Notes under the pieces: generated by a model
Databases searched by the model: none
Seen by the model: only the letters and a program-made list of their open reading frames with translations
Told to the model about the DNA's origin: nothing
From: an uncultured Dehalococcoidia bacterium
GTDB taxonomy: Bacteria; Chloroflexota; Dehalococcoidia; Lucifugimonadales; UBA3495
Direction: 5' to 3'
Length of the DNA: 64,000 bases
NCBI GenBank assembly: GCA_950072105.1
Contig: CATMOE010000001.1
Span: 154,096-218,095, forward strand
In this document: in pieces, positions 1 to 10,134 of the stretch
Layout: every line of letters begins with the position of its first letter
Numbering within the stretch: position 1 is the first letter of the stretch
Position numbers and translations under genes: made by a program

Positions 1-800
1 GCGGAGTTAATCTCCAGGTTGAGCTGGCAGCCAACGGGACAATGGGGACAGATGGTGCGCTCAACTCGGGCTGCTTTCTCCCACTTGTGGTCACGTTCCA
101 CCAGAGCGCCCACCGGGCAGACATCTATGCAGGCGCCGCAGAACTCACACCCCGATTCCAGCAGAGACGTCCCGAACGATGTGCCCACCAGCGCGGAGCC
201 GCTCCTCTCTGTGAAACAGATCGCGTCGTCGCCCCGCAGTTCCTCGCAAGCCCGGACGCAACGGCCGCAGACGATGCACAGGTTGTAATCACGGTCGTAG
301 AAGGGGTCGGCGACTTCCAAGGGAATCTGGCGGTACTTGTAATCCAGGGGTGACTCCAGGTTCATGCCCAAGTAGCGGACGGTGTCCTTGAGCTCGCACC
401 GCTCGTTCTTGGGACAGGTGACGCACCGGTCGTTGACCGAAACGTGGCGGAGACATACGTCGTTTGGTCCGCATATTTCGACCCGGTGGCAGGTAAGACA
501 ACCGTCGGGATGCTCTGCGATGAGCATCTCCATCACCGACCGGCGCAACTCCAGAACGTCGGGGACTTCGTTGCGGATCTTCATGCCGTCCGCGACTGGT
601 TGGACACAGGCGGCGGGATAACCGCGGCCTCCTTCAACGCCGACCACGCACATCCGGCAGGCGGCAAAGGGCTTCATGCCGGGATGGTAGCAAAGATACG
701 GGATGTACACCCCGGCTTCGATAGCCGCTTCCAGGATCATCTTCCCTGGTTGGGTGATTATCTCAACCCCATCAATGGAGATGGTTATGTCATCTGCCAT
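1..800 (-). CDS. NuoG/formate dehydrogenase alpha-like Fe-S subunit, N-terminal part (runs off the left edge)
   Basis: Not in the ORF track. Translated by hand from ATG at 800: MADDITISIDG...IPYLCYHP...ACRMC...AAC (2Fe-2S), HPDGCLTC, CIVCGRC...C and CEFCGACIDVCP (4Fe-4S), then CPHCPVGC like the start of a molybdopterin-oxidoreductase domain. Confidence 0.88.
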   Translation of the reverse strand, partial: MADDITISIDGVEIITQPGKMILEAAIEAGVYIPYLCYHPGMKPFAACRMCVVGVEGGRGYPAACVQPVADGMKIRNEVPDVLELRRSVMEMLIAEHPDGCLTCHRVEICGPNDVCLRHVSVNDRCVTCPKNERCELKDTVRYLGMNLESPLDYKYRQIPLEVADPFYDRDYNLCIVCGRCVRACEELRGDDAICFTERSGSALVGTSFGTSLLESGCEFCGACIDVCPVGALVERDHKWEKAARVERTICPHCPVGCQLNLEINS

Positions 801-822
801 GGATACTACTCCGGTCCGTTTT

Positions 823-1270
823 CACCGCAGAGACGCGGAGGATATTATGAGTTCCCATTATTCATCCAATCCTAAAACGACCCTTTTTATACCTTGTTTC
901 AATGCCGCTACGTTGAAGTTCATCAACAGCCCTACTTTCCATCCGCCAAGCCTTAAGTAGGTTAACAGTTGAGCTTGGTGAATAGGTAATAATCGGTCGA
1001 CCGCTTTTATCTCGACAACAACCGTGCCAGCAACTAGCAGATCTAGCCGGTAACCGCAGTCCAGCCTTATGCGTTTGTAGTTTACAGGCAGATGACGTTG
1101 CCGATCGAACTGAATTTTTCGCAAATCTAATTCCCTGCACAAACATTCCTCGTAAGCAGATTCAAGAAGTCCCGGCCCAAGCGCCCGGTGAACTTCTATA
1201 CCAGCTCCAATCACGGTTTGTGTAACCTCGTTTACACTAACCACTCTGCGAACTCCGCGCCTCTGCGGTG
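823..1270. mobile_element. Putative small mobile cassette: GxxExxY gene bounded by 18-bp inverted repeats
   Basis: CACCGCAGAGACGCGGAG (823-840) and CTCCGCGCCTCTGCGGTG (1253-1270) are reverse complements at 17/18 positions. The interior is visibly more AT-rich and separates the nuoF-like and nuoG-like genes. Confidence 0.6.
858..1244 (-). CDS. GxxExxY protein (PD-(D/E)xK nuclease-like)
   Basis: [14 protein letters not shown] signature, plus RLDLLV...VVEIKAV and QLLTYL. Confidence 0.92.
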   Translation of the reverse strand: MVSVNEVTQTVIGAGIEVHRALGPGLLESAYEECLCRELDLRKIQFDRQRHLPVNYKRIRLDCGYRLDLLVAGTVVVEIKAVDRLLPIHQAQLLTYLRLGGWKVGLLMNFNVAALKQGIKRVVLGLDE

Positions 1271-1281
1271 TATCTGTCGCG

Positions 1282-3015
1282 TCACCTGCGGCTAGACACT
1301 GGCGAGAATCGGGGGGCCGAGCACACTTCGGTGGGGCAGCGCCGGTTCAGGATGTGGGTTTCAAACTCTTCGCCGAAATAACGCAAGGCCGAGGCCACCG
1401 GGTTGAAACCGAGTTGGCCGTGCCCGCAAAGGGAACCGGCCTGCATATCTTGACCCACTTTACGCATCAGGTCCAAGTCCTCTGGAACACCCTCCAAACG
1501 GCAGATCCGCTCCAGCACCTCTAACAAGTGGCTCATCCCCATCCGGCAGGGGAAGCATTTCCCGCAGGACTCGTACTGGCAGAAAGCGATGAGGGCCCTG
1601 GTTAAGTCGACGACACAATTGTCTTCATCGGCGGCGATGACTCCCCCTGAGCCCAGAATAGCACCGGCGGTTCTCAGAATATCAAAGTCCAGCACGATGT
1701 CTATGTTATCGGCGCCCAGCACTCCACCCAACGGCCCGCCGGTCTGCACAAATTTCAGCGCCTTTCCGTCCGGAACGCCTCCGGCCGCCTGGTACAGCAC
1801 GTCCTTCAGATTGATGCCCAGAGGCACTTCAATCATACCCGTGTATTTCAGGTCGCCGGTCAGGCAGATTATTACGGTTCCAGTGCTCTTGTCATGGCCG
1901 ATACCGGCAAACCACTCGCCTCCCTTGGCGATAATTTCCGGGACGTATGCCAAGGTCTTCACGTTATTGATGTTACTGGGTTTGCCGAACAGACCGACCG
2001 CCGCCGGAAAGGGCGGGCGGTATCGGGGCATCGCCCTTTTCCCTTCGATGGCCTCCATCAGGGCGCTCTCCTCTCCGGCCACATAGGAGTCGCCGGTCAA
2101 GGCCACTTCCAGATGGAAACTGAAATCGGATCCGAGGATGTTCTCACCTAAGAAGCCCATTTCCTGGGCCTGGACGACAGCGGCTCGAGCCCGGTCTATG
2201 GGTCCGTCGTGGCCGTGACGGATAAATATATAGGCGTGGCTGGTGCCCGTAGCGTAGCCCGCCAGAATTATCCCTTCAACCAAAGTCTGTGGGTCGCTCT
2301 CCAGAATAGCTTTGTCGTTGAAGGCCCCCGGGTCCCCCTCTTCGCAGTTGCAGAGTATGTATTTCTGCGGCGCGTTGGATCCGGCTAGGAACCCCCATTT
2401 CACACCCGTGGGGAAAGCCGCGCCGCCTCGGCCTCGCAGACCCGAGGTTTTCACGTCCTCCAGAACCTCTTCCGGAGTCATCTCCGTCAAGGCCCGGTTC
2501 AAGGCGTGGTAACCACCGTAGGCGATGTACTGATGGATGTCCCCAGGGTCGATGGTCCCGGCGTTTCGCAGCGCCACCCGATTCTCCAGCACCCGCATGG
2601 GATGTTGGTTAAGATCCGGTATCCCGGCCAATGTGGAATCAACTTCCTCATCCGGCCCGCCGGCCGCCAGGTAGCCAAGCGCCAAGTGAGCCAGCGGGCT
2701 TCCTCCGGCAACATGATTAGACACGATCTCGGCAGCCATATCAGGGGTCACATTGCCGTAAAAAACCCTTGGTCCGCCGGGAAGCTGGACATCCACCAGC
2801 GGTTCCGCGAAGCATAGGCCCAAGCAACCCACCTGACTCAGCTGGGCGGCAACGCCGTTCTGCTCCAAAGCAGCTTCGATGCTTGCGATAACGGCGTCGC
2901 ATCCGGCGGCCTTCCCGCAAAGGGCCGTACCGACCCTTATCCAAGGCTGGCCTCCGGCAGTTAACTCCTCCCAGCGCTGCTGGCTTTCGGCGGCAATCTC
3001 CTCGAAACTAGCCAT
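1282..3015 (-). CDS. NuoF/HoxF/HydB-like NADH/FMN-binding subunit with N-terminal 2Fe-2S thioredoxin-like domain
   Basis: [42 protein letters not shown]...SLCGHG; N-terminal [10 protein letters not shown]. Confidence 0.92.
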   Translation of the reverse strand: MASFEEIAAESQQRWEELTAGGQPWIRVGTALCGKAAGCDAVIASIEAALEQNGVAAQLSQVGCLGLCFAEPLVDVQLPGGPRVFYGNVTPDMAAEIVSNHVAGGSPLAHLALGYLAAGGPDEEVDSTLAGIPDLNQHPMRVLENRVALRNAGTIDPGDIHQYIAYGGYHALNRALTEMTPEEVLEDVKTSGLRGRGGAAFPTGVKWGFLAGSNAPQKYILCNCEEGDPGAFNDKAILESDPQTLVEGIILAGYATGTSHAYIFIRHGHDGPIDRARAAVVQAQEMGFLGENILGSDFSFHLEVALTGDSYVAGEESALMEAIEGKRAMPRYRPPFPAAVGLFGKPSNINNVKTLAYVPEIIAKGGEWFAGIGHDKSTGTVIICLTGDLKYTGMIEVPLGINLKDVLYQAAGGVPDGKALKFVQTGGPLGGVLGADNIDIVLDFDILRTAGAILGSGGVIAADEDNCVVDLTRALIAFCQYESCGKCFPCRMGMSHLLEVLERICRLEGVPEDLDLMRKVGQDMQAGSLCGHGQLGFNPVASALRYFGEEFETHILNRRCPTEVCSAPRFSPVSSRR

Positions 3016-3481
3016 TCTGTTCCGCCAGCAATTCAGCGATCCTTGCCTTGGCTGATTCCGGAGTCGCGCGGCCGATCAAGTGATGGTCGATAGCCATTAC
3101 CGGGGCTTGGGAGCAGGCGCCCAGGCAGGTGTTGTAGCGGAGTGTCAGCCGCCCGTCGGAAGTATCGCCTTCCGTTTCAAGGCCGCTGGCCTGCAACGCC
3201 GCCTCGATCAGCGGCATGGCGCCGACCAAGTGGCAAGAAGCGCCCCAACACACCTCAACCTGGTGCAAGCACGGTGGTTCGAAACGAAAGTTGGGATAGA
3301 AGGACGCAACCGCCCAGACTTCATTGATAGTGGAACTGGTGAAAGCCGCTACCTCTTCAATCCCTTGTTTGGGGATGAAGCCAAGTTCGTCCTGGACGGC
3401 TAGAAGGGTGGAAAGAACGGTGACAGTGGGCTGGGATTGGCGGTGCATCGCGTCGGCTATGCGGGGTTTCAGCCCATCCAT
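3008..3481 (-). CDS. NuoE/HoxE-like 2Fe-2S subunit
   Basis: VASFYPNF, VCWGASC and CLGACSQAP motifs; overlaps the start of the nuoF-like gene. Confidence 0.9.
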   Translation of the reverse strand: MDGLKPRIADAMHRQSQPTVTVLSTLLAVQDELGFIPKQGIEEVAAFTSSTINEVWAVASFYPNFRFEPPCLHQVEVCWGASCHLVGAMPLIEAALQASGLETEGDTSDGRLTLRYNTCLGACSQAPVMAIDHHLIGRATPESAKARIAELLAEQNG

Positions 3482-3683
3482 TTACCGGGCTCCCATGAAA
3501 AAGTTGATAGAGGAGGTTGAACCAAAATCATGGACTTCGTGAATTTGGTAACAATCCGGATTTATGGTACCACAGCCCCAATTGGCGTTCAATCGAATGG
3601 CACTCAGCTTACACGAAATAAGGGGCGGGAAAAACGCCGCCCCTTTGGACGCCAAGTTGAAACCTGCGGCCAGATTTAGAAGG

Positions 3684-4253
3684 CTAGACTGCCTGCTTGG
3701 CTGCGCTGCCCACCAAGATACGCTCTACATCCGGAGCGATCTCAGCGGCCCGCTGCTTGCACTCTTCATCAGTCAGGCTTGACAACGGATGTTGGGCAAC
3801 CACGAACTCGTAGTCCGGGACGCCCATCATCCGGACCATGGCCTTCGCCGTGGGCAGGAAAACGTGGGTGATGATAGACGCGGTGGGGATGCCCAGGCGC
3901 TCCATCTCGATACCGTCGTGCACACTGCACGAACTGCAGGACCCTCAATCACCTATCCCGGTGATCAGCACATCCACCTTATCCATAAGTTCTTGGACGA
4001 CTTCTGGTTTGGTGGGCAACGAGGCCGAATGCTTGCTAAGCATTATCACGTCTTTAAGGTCGTATTTCTCTTTGAGAATCACGGCCAATTCTTGAAGAAC
4101 CTTGTCCGAGTTGGCTTTGTGGTTTTCCAGCAAGCCCAGGGTCTTGCCGCTAAGTTCGCTGGGCCGGTCGTTCAGGTGGAACTCGCCAGAGGAAAGGTCG
4201 GTCCCCCTGGGATTCACCAAACGCATATCCCTAACCGTTACAGTCTCCGCCAT
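3684..4253 (-). CDS. UGSC-motif selenoprotein 1 (189 aa, Sec at TGA 3945-3947)
   Basis: ORFs 3945-4253 and 3684-3923 are in frame (21-nt gap). The joined sequence reads ITGIGD-U-GSCSSCSVHDGIEMERLGIP; SECIS-like hairpin downstream. Confidence 0.88.
3916..3932 (-). promoter_or_regulatory. SECIS-like hairpin
   Basis: Minus strand TCGTGC-AGTGT-GCACGA; loop starts after 18 nt from the UGA. Confidence 0.75.
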
Positions 4254-4352
4254 AGTCCCTCCTTATGTAATGCCGCCGTTGCCCGGGCACATTAATTTGG
4301 ACTGCTCATAATCTTACACAGCGGCTCAGATTTTGCAAGGAGATGAGCCTCG

Positions 4353-4550
4353 CTATTCGCTCACATGCTCATAAGAAAAGTGGGGAACATCAGTACGGTC
4401 CTTGGCATGTTCGATAGTCATAGCACAGATATTTCCGTCGCGGTCCAGATCCAAAAGTGTGTTCTCATCCAAATCTCTAGTCTCCGCGATGTCCGCGGGT
4501 TTAAATTCAATATACAACGTATCTGTTTCTTGGAAATATTTGATTTTCAT
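4353..4550 (-). CDS. DUF2283-like small protein (putative antitoxin)
   Basis: MKIKYFQETDTLYIEF...LLDLDRDGNICAMTIE pattern; 4-nt overlap with the upstream gene. Confidence 0.75.
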   Translation of the reverse strand: MKIKYFQETDTLYIEFKPADIAETRDLDENTLLDLDRDGNICAMTIEHAKDRTDVPHFSYEHVSE

Positions 4551-4783
4551 AGAGTGAACCTACGATCAAAAAATGCGTTATGAACTGTCTCTCCATCAGC
4601 CAAAAGAACAACCCGGAGGAAACGACCTCCCATTTCTTCAATCGCCGCCCAGCGCCTAATCCGGCCATCCGCCTGTACGACTTCCCTGACCGGGTGCTCT
4701 ACAACTCGTAAGAGCCACTCTGGCCTTATCAATACCCGGTCGGGACGGTCCTGTATTGACAGAAAATACTGGGTGAACTTCAT
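4547..4783 (-). CDS. Small putative toxin (RelE/DUF4258-like) paired with DUF2283
   Basis: 78 aa, GRIRRW...LRVV...VHNAFFDR; coupled to the DUF2283 gene. Confidence 0.65.
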   Translation of the reverse strand: MKFTQYFLSIQDRPDRVLIRPEWLLRVVEHPVREVVQADGRIRRWAAIEEMGGRFLRVVLLADGETVHNAFFDRRFTL

Positions 4784-4819
4784 CCATGTTGCCCATGTTG
4801 CCGGTTAAACATTGCTAGT

Positions 4820-5860
4820 TCATCCCCCCGGCACATCCACCTTCCGTGTCCGTATCCGGTAGCCGGTGGTGTCGATGATGGCGCTGTTGCGGCCGCCGGT
4901 GCCGCCGCCCATGACTATCCAGATATCGTCGGCTTCCCGGGCACACCGGCGCACCAATTGGTCGTCTCCCGGCTTCTCCGGTCCTTGCGCCACTCCCAGC
5001 CGGATCAGTTCGCTTAACGGCCGGGTGGCGTTCTCTATCAGATAGTCTTGCATGCCACGGCGGGTCCAACCGTCGTCTTTGAGGGTGATGGCATGCTCCG
5101 GGCCGATGACCACGACCCACTGGGCCGGGAACCGCCAAGCCAAGCAGGCCGACTTCAGGGTGTCGGCCAAAGAGGCGAGAATGGACTCCCCGGTGTGCCC
5201 GTAGGCGTTGTTGACGGTGATGGGATTGTAGGCCACCGCCACGGTGACGCAGCTATCTTCGGATTGGAAGCCCCGGCTGACGTGGAGGCCGCCCCACGGC
5301 GAATCCTCCTCGTTCTCGGCGATGCATAGCGTATATTTGGCGGGATTGCCCAGGGTCCCCCGGTCCAGCACGCCGGGCCGGGCGTCGAAACCGTTCATGA
5401 AGCAGAGCCGGATGGACCTGCCCAGGCAAGCGTTGGCCCGGAACCCGGGGCCGAAAAGACCATCCTTGGAGTTCATTCCGATCTGTTCCCGGATGGGACC
5501 GTTGACGATCATCAAGATGGCTGGGGAACTGGTGGAAGCGGAGGCCATGTGGACGAAGTTCTTCTCCTCCTCAAGGGTCCGCAGGGTTGTAACCAGTACC
5601 GGAAAGTATTCGGGCAAGCATCCAGCCATCACCGCGTTGGCGGCGGCGTTCTCGGAGGTAAGCACCCGGTTGCGCATCTCCAGGGACAGCAGTTCCTCTT
5701 CCCCGGTCATGCCCACATATTCCAGCATCTCCCGCACCTTGTATTCGACGGGAGGTACCACCGGCAGGCCGTCGCTCCAACCCAACCGATAGCATTCTTC
5801 AATAGCTTCGATGGTATCGTTGGGTTCGACCTGGCCGGATCTTTCCAAACCTGTAACCAT
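4820..5860 (-). CDS. UGSC-associated conserved protein (GWSDGLPVVPP family)
   Basis: GWSDGLPVVPP, NAVMAGCLPEY, RANACLGR, CIAENEEDSPW; paralog of 58863-59924. Confidence 0.8.
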   Translation of the reverse strand: MVTGLERSGQVEPNDTIEAIEECYRLGWSDGLPVVPPVEYKVREMLEYVGMTGEEELLSLEMRNRVLTSENAAANAVMAGCLPEYFPVLVTTLRTLEEEKNFVHMASASTSSPAILMIVNGPIREQIGMNSKDGLFGPGFRANACLGRSIRLCFMNGFDARPGVLDRGTLGNPAKYTLCIAENEEDSPWGGLHVSRGFQSEDSCVTVAVAYNPITVNNAYGHTGESILASLADTLKSACLAWRFPAQWVVVIGPEHAITLKDDGWTRRGMQDYLIENATRPLSELIRLGVAQGPEKPGDDQLVRRCAREADDIWIVMGGGTGGRNSAIIDTTGYRIRTRKVDVPGG

Positions 5861-5921
5861 GGGTATCCTCCAAATAAAGCTATCAGCTTTTAGCTACCGC
5901 TTAGATCGACAAGTTGATTAC

Positions 5922-6818
5922 CTAGTTCTCGGGCAGCCGGAGTTGGACGCCCGCTTTCTCTTCTTGTAACCGAGCCACCGCGTCGGAATCTTCCGCGCCC
6001 CAACCCCGGAACATCGCTTCAACGTGGCGCTGGTCTACCATATTGGAAAGCTCCATGGGTATCCCGTACTCCCGGCCTAAATCGGTGGCCAGACGCACGT
6101 CCTTGGCTGCTAGAGCAGTGGCAAAGCCCGGCTCGAAGTTTCCTTTGAACAGGAACCTGGGGAATTTCTCCGTTAGGCGCTTGCTACCGCCTGAACTGTT
6201 GGCGATGGCATCGGCTAATACCGCCAGGTCCACCCCGGCTTTTACGCCCAAAGTCAGGGCTTCCGCCATAAGGACCCCGATGCCCATGCTGAGCAGGTTG
6301 TTGCAGATCTTACAAACCGACCCGTTGCCGATGGGGCCACAGTAGACCACGTGGGAGCCGATGGCGTCCAGGGTCGGTTTGACCTTGTTGAAGACATCTG
6401 CGTCACCGCCCACCATCACCGCCAAAGTGGCCGCCGCTGCTCCGTACACCCCGCCACTAACCGGCGCGTCCAACATTGTGACACCCCGGTCCGCACACAC
6501 TTGGTGCAGCCGGCGGATCACCGTAGGCGAATTGGTGGAAAGGTCTACGTATATCGATCCTTCAACTGCGCCTTCCAGGATTCCGTTTTCCCCCTGGACC
6601 ACTGCCTCCACGTCCCTTGGGACGGGAAGAGAAGTTAGGACCACCTCGTTGCCCGGTACCGCTTCCTTTGGGCTGTCCGCCCACTCCGCGCCCATCTCCA
6701 GAAGGTTGATTGCCGCCTCTCGCCGGAGGTCGTGAACGGTTAGCTGGTGGCCTGCCTTGATAAGATTGGCGGCCATTGGGTTGCCCATGTTCCCGGTCCC
6801 GATGAACCCTACTTTCAT
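5922..6818 (-). CDS. 3-hydroxyisobutyrate/tartronate-semialdehyde dehydrogenase family NAD(P)-dependent oxidoreductase
   Basis: Start reassigned to ATG 6818 (AGGAG upstream); MKVGFIGTGNMG, DAPVSGG, KICNN. Confidence 0.9.
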   Translation of the reverse strand: MKVGFIGTGNMGNPMAANLIKAGHQLTVHDLRREAAINLLEMGAEWADSPKEAVPGNEVVLTSLPVPRDVEAVVQGENGILEGAVEGSIYVDLSTNSPTVIRRLHQVCADRGVTMLDAPVSGGVYGAAAATLAVMVGGDADVFNKVKPTLDAIGSHVVYCGPIGNGSVCKICNNLLSMGIGVLMAEALTLGVKAGVDLAVLADAIANSSGGSKRLTEKFPRFLFKGNFEPGFATALAAKDVRLATDLGREYGIPMELSNMVDQRHVEAMFRGWGAEDSDAVARLQEEKAGVQLRLPEN

Positions 6819-7347
6819 CGCTAGCGCTCCTACTCGTATCTCTGGTACCGGTCGTGTTTCTGGTGCCGGCAGCTCTGGCCGGTGGTTGGGATGGTGGCGG
6901 CACTTCCGGCGCCGGCTGATTGGCCGGCGTAGCAGACTGTAGACCGAACCGGTAGCCGGAGTTCTGGTCGAAGGTCTCCTTGGCCACGCGGAACGCGTTG
7001 ACCGCCGCGGGCATGCCGCCGTAGAACACCATCTGGGAAATAATCTCGGAGATCTGCTCACGGGTCACTCCGACGTGGAGCGCCCCTTGGATGTGCCGGG
7101 CTAACAGATCGGGGCTATGGCCCAGAACCGTCAGAGCGGCGATGGTGCATAGGCTACGGGTTTGAAGATTCACCGCCGGACGGTTGTAGATCTCCCCGTA
7201 GATGGTCTCATCGACCAGTTGCATCACTTCAGGGGCCAGCTCGGCCATCGCCGGAGGCGGGCCCGGATTGCCGTAGCGTCCGTAATAGCGCAGGCGGAAA
7301 TCCGCCGCTGCTCGCCGTAGGTCTTTGGGGCTTCGCTCGGTAGTCAC
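6562..7347 (-). CDS. Carboxymuconolactone decarboxylase (CMD/AhpD-like) family protein; 3' end uncertain
   Basis: YGEIYNRP...RSLCTIAAL...HIQGALHVGVT...FYGGMPAA; then a Pro-rich tail that runs 257 nt into the next gene. Confidence 0.75.
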   Translation of the reverse strand: MTTERSPKDLRRAAADFRLRYYGRYGNPGPPPAMAELAPEVMQLVDETIYGEIYNRPAVNLQTRSLCTIAALTVLGHSPDLLARHIQGALHVGVTREQISEIISQMVFYGGMPAAVNAFRVAKETFDQNSGYRFGLQSATPANQPAPEVPPPSQPPARAAGTRNTTGTRDTSRSASDESRVHRDREHGQPNGRQSYQGRPPANRSRPPARGGNQPSGDGRGVGGQPKGSGTGQRGGPNFSSRPKGRGGSGPGGKRNPGRRS

Positions 7348-7498
7348 AGGTCATCTCTCACAAATACAGGTTTCGGCCGGGAAATTATAACACCACACGA
7401 ATCATGCGGGCTATGAACAGCGAGCCCGGCAAAGTCGGAAGGATCGGATTTGAAACTTGTTAGGCTGGCAGATCCACCGCCCAGCGCCGGGAAAATGG

Positions 7499-7526
7499 GT
7501 AGGGGCGCACGGCCGTGCGCCCCTAC
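7499..7526. repeat. Perfect 28-bp GTAG-type REP-like palindrome
   Basis: GTAGGGGCGCACGG|CCGTGCGCCCCTAC, just 3' of the MBL-fold gene. Confidence 0.75.
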
Positions 7527-7552
7527 GTCTGGTTCTTATTTGCTTGCCGTTG

Positions 7553-8422
7553 TTACACAGCCTGCCAGTAGCGGCGGCCCTCTAAGCGGACCACCTTTCC
7601 TATATGGTCTGCTGGCGAAAAGTGGCCGGCAGCTATCACGTAGCTCTCTTTTTCCGCCATGTCCAGAACTTTCTCGCGGCTCTGACGGCTCAGACCCTTG
7701 TCGATGTCCACGCCGGCGCACCAATCGGATTCTTGGACCTGGGCCTTGTTGTGCAGGACATCTCCCACAATCATTGCCTTTTCTCCTTGGGAGGAGATCA
7801 AGATGGCCTGGTGGCCGGGGGTGTGTCCCGGCGTGGGCATGGTCGATACTTCGTCGGTGATGTTGTACTCGCCTTCGATCAGATCCATCTTACGCAATCG
7901 GCGCAACGGCATCACTTGGCGCGAGACCTGAGGCGCTGAATCTATCGTTCCTTCCGCGGTAAAGTGGTCCCAATCGGCCTTGGGGACCAGGTACCTGGCG
8001 CGGCGGAAATAGGGCGCCGGCATACCGCCCGAGTACCGTAGGTTCCATCCTACGTGGTCGCCGTGGAGATGGGTATGCACAACAATGTTGACTTCATCGG
8101 ACGGGCCGACGTTGGTGTTGTTCAGCCGGTCGGCGGGTATCAGAACGTCCCTCAGCCGGTCGAATAATTTCCCTTCGGCTCCCCCTAGATGCTCATGGGG
8201 TCCGGGTCCCATACCCGTGTCCACCAGAATAGTCTGACCCTGGGAGCGAATCACCCAAACGCCGTAGTAGAGTTGAAGCTGGCCATTTTCTAGGGCGTCG
8301 CCGTGGGATTCCCAGTCGCTGGCCGATGTCTCAGGGAACATCACCGTTGGGTCCCGGGGCGGCGGGATCATGTCGAGCACCGCCGTGATTTCCACATTAC
8401 CTACCTTTATACTGTCCGCCAT
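7553..8422 (-). CDS. Metallo-beta-lactamase-fold hydrolase
   Basis: THLHGDHVGWN, PGHTPGH, GD and terminal H motifs. Confidence 0.9.
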   Translation of the reverse strand: MADSIKVGNVEITAVLDMIPPPRDPTVMFPETSASDWESHGDALENGQLQLYYGVWVIRSQGQTILVDTGMGPGPHEHLGGAEGKLFDRLRDVLIPADRLNNTNVGPSDEVNIVVHTHLHGDHVGWNLRYSGGMPAPYFRRARYLVPKADWDHFTAEGTIDSAPQVSRQVMPLRRLRKMDLIEGEYNITDEVSTMPTPGHTPGHQAILISSQGEKAMIVGDVLHNKAQVQESDWCAGVDIDKGLSRQSREKVLDMAEKESYVIAAGHFSPADHIGKVVRLEGRRYWQAV

Positions 8423-8473
8423 CGTCCTCTCCTTGATATAACTTTTTAATTAAACGATTCTAATCTTTGTTTT

Positions 8474-8986
8474 CTAGTATTGAATCAACGACTTGACGTT
8501 GTACGCTTCCAGCCCTTTGCGGCCGTTCAAGTCCATCAACTCGATAACTATGCCGACGCCGGCGATGATCCCACCGGACAGTTCCACCAAACGTGCGGCG
8601 GCAGCTAAAGTGCCACCGGTGGCCAACAGATCGTCCAACAGCAATACCCGGTCATTTTGACCGATGCCATCTACGTGGATCTCCATGGTGTTGCTGCCGT
8701 ATTCGAGGGCGTATTCGATGGAGTGGGTAGCGGCGGGCAACTTGCCCGGCTTGCGCACCAGGATTATCGGCTTCTTCATTCGGTCGGCCAGGGGTGTTCC
8801 GAACAGAAACCCCCGGGATTCCACCACCGCGATAGAGTCGAAATCCTCGCCCTTGAAAAGGCCTTGAAAGCTGTCGATGGCATGACTGAAGGCCTGGGGA
8901 TCAGCCAACAACGGGGTGATGTCCTTGAACAAGATCCCCGGTTTGGGAAAGTCGGGCACGTCTCGAATGTAGTCCTTCAGATCCAA
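8474..8986 (-). CDS. apt: Adenine phosphoribosyltransferase
   Basis: PDFPKPGILFKDITPLL, ESRGF, RKPGKLP, LDDLLATGGT. Confidence 0.96.
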   Translation of the reverse strand: MDLKDYIRDVPDFPKPGILFKDITPLLADPQAFSHAIDSFQGLFKGEDFDSIAVVESRGFLFGTPLADRMKKPIILVRKPGKLPAATHSIEYALEYGSNTMEIHVDGIGQNDRVLLLDDLLATGGTLAAAARLVELSGGIIAGVGIVIELMDLNGRKGLEAYNVKSLIQY

Positions 8987-9278
8987 GACCTACGCGCCCC
9001 CGTTTCATTTTTATCCGGATAAGCCTCGCGCCAACCCCACTCAAAGTGTTCGAATCAGAGGTGGCCCGTGCCCCGGTGCAGTGTAGAATAAGCGCCCAAT
9101 CACGTCAAGTTGCCGCATCGGCGGATGGAATCCTCGCCAGATCGAACATGTTCGCATAGGCCCCAAAGGCAGCTTCGGGCACCGGGTTGCTGAGCCACGG
9201 AAACAAGGCCACTAGACTCACTCAGCCGGTAGTTACATGCGCGGGGCCACACGGAATCGGCTGCATCGACCGCGGCGA

Positions 9279-9839
9279 TCAGTTCCCTTGCCGGGCCAGC
9301 CATGCGTCGTTGGCCTCGGCAAACGCGCGCATCGCATGCTCCATGTCGTAGGGCTTCTCCTCCAGGGTTTCAGGATCCCACTCGCTGCGGGACTCAGAGA
9401 AGAAGTCTCCTCCGTAGACATGGACGGCTCCAGTGAGCACGTTTCTGGGATTGTGAACCGCGTGGATGACTTCCGGTCCCAGTCCTACCGAATCTTGGAT
9501 GTCCAGGGCTTTGAAACCGGCCCGGTCCAACCCTTGAGGGGTGCGGCGGAAGAACGTATTGTCCTCCTGGCCACCATAGATCCCGATCACCGCCCACATG
9601 TGGTGATCGTGGGGGAAGATCGTCATTCCGGGAGGCCAGATCACGTTGATCACGGTCAAGTCTGAAGAGCGGTGCAGGGTGGTGATCCCGCCGGCCGTCG
9701 GAGTCCCCAGGGAAGATTCCACATCGGCGGACAACGACATCGTCCGCTCCATCAACTCCTTCACCGCCAACTGAGGAGCGTGCTCCTTTATGGCAACCTG
9801 GCACGACGCGATGAACTCCTCTAGATCGAACATCTTCAC
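9279..9839 (-). CDS. Cysteine-dioxygenase-like cupin metalloprotein
   Basis: WPPGMTIFPHDH..WAVIGIYGGQEDN, IHAV, VHVYG. Confidence 0.75.
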   Translation of the reverse strand: MKMFDLEEFIASCQVAIKEHAPQLAVKELMERTMSLSADVESSLGTPTAGGITTLHRSSDLTVINVIWPPGMTIFPHDHHMWAVIGIYGGQEDNTFFRRTPQGLDRAGFKALDIQDSVGLGPEVIHAVHNPRNVLTGAVHVYGGDFFSESRSEWDPETLEEKPYDMEHAMRAFAEANDAWLARQGN

Positions 9840-10134
9840 ATTCCCTCTTACTTATCATCGGTGGCATTCATCCAGCCACCGGCCGCGTTTTCATGGACAT
9901 TATACCGATTCGGTGGCGGACCTCCAAGAATCCCTTACCCCATGCCCTTGGCGCTGTGGTCCAAGACAAATAGCGAGCCAAGGGATGACTCCGGCAATCG
10001 AGTGGTATAAGATATCCGGAGACTGAGACTCAGCATATACAGGCTTGGGATTGCCCTCTTGATGCAGTGGGAGTGACAGGATAAACCGGGTGGCGAGCAC
10101 GCCCAGGACCATTAAAACAGGAGGTTGTACTGCC

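Noticed and set aside
1..800. Calling the partial gene a selenocysteine formate dehydrogenase
   Set aside because: The catalytic region lies outside the window, so NuoG-like vs Fdh cannot be decided.
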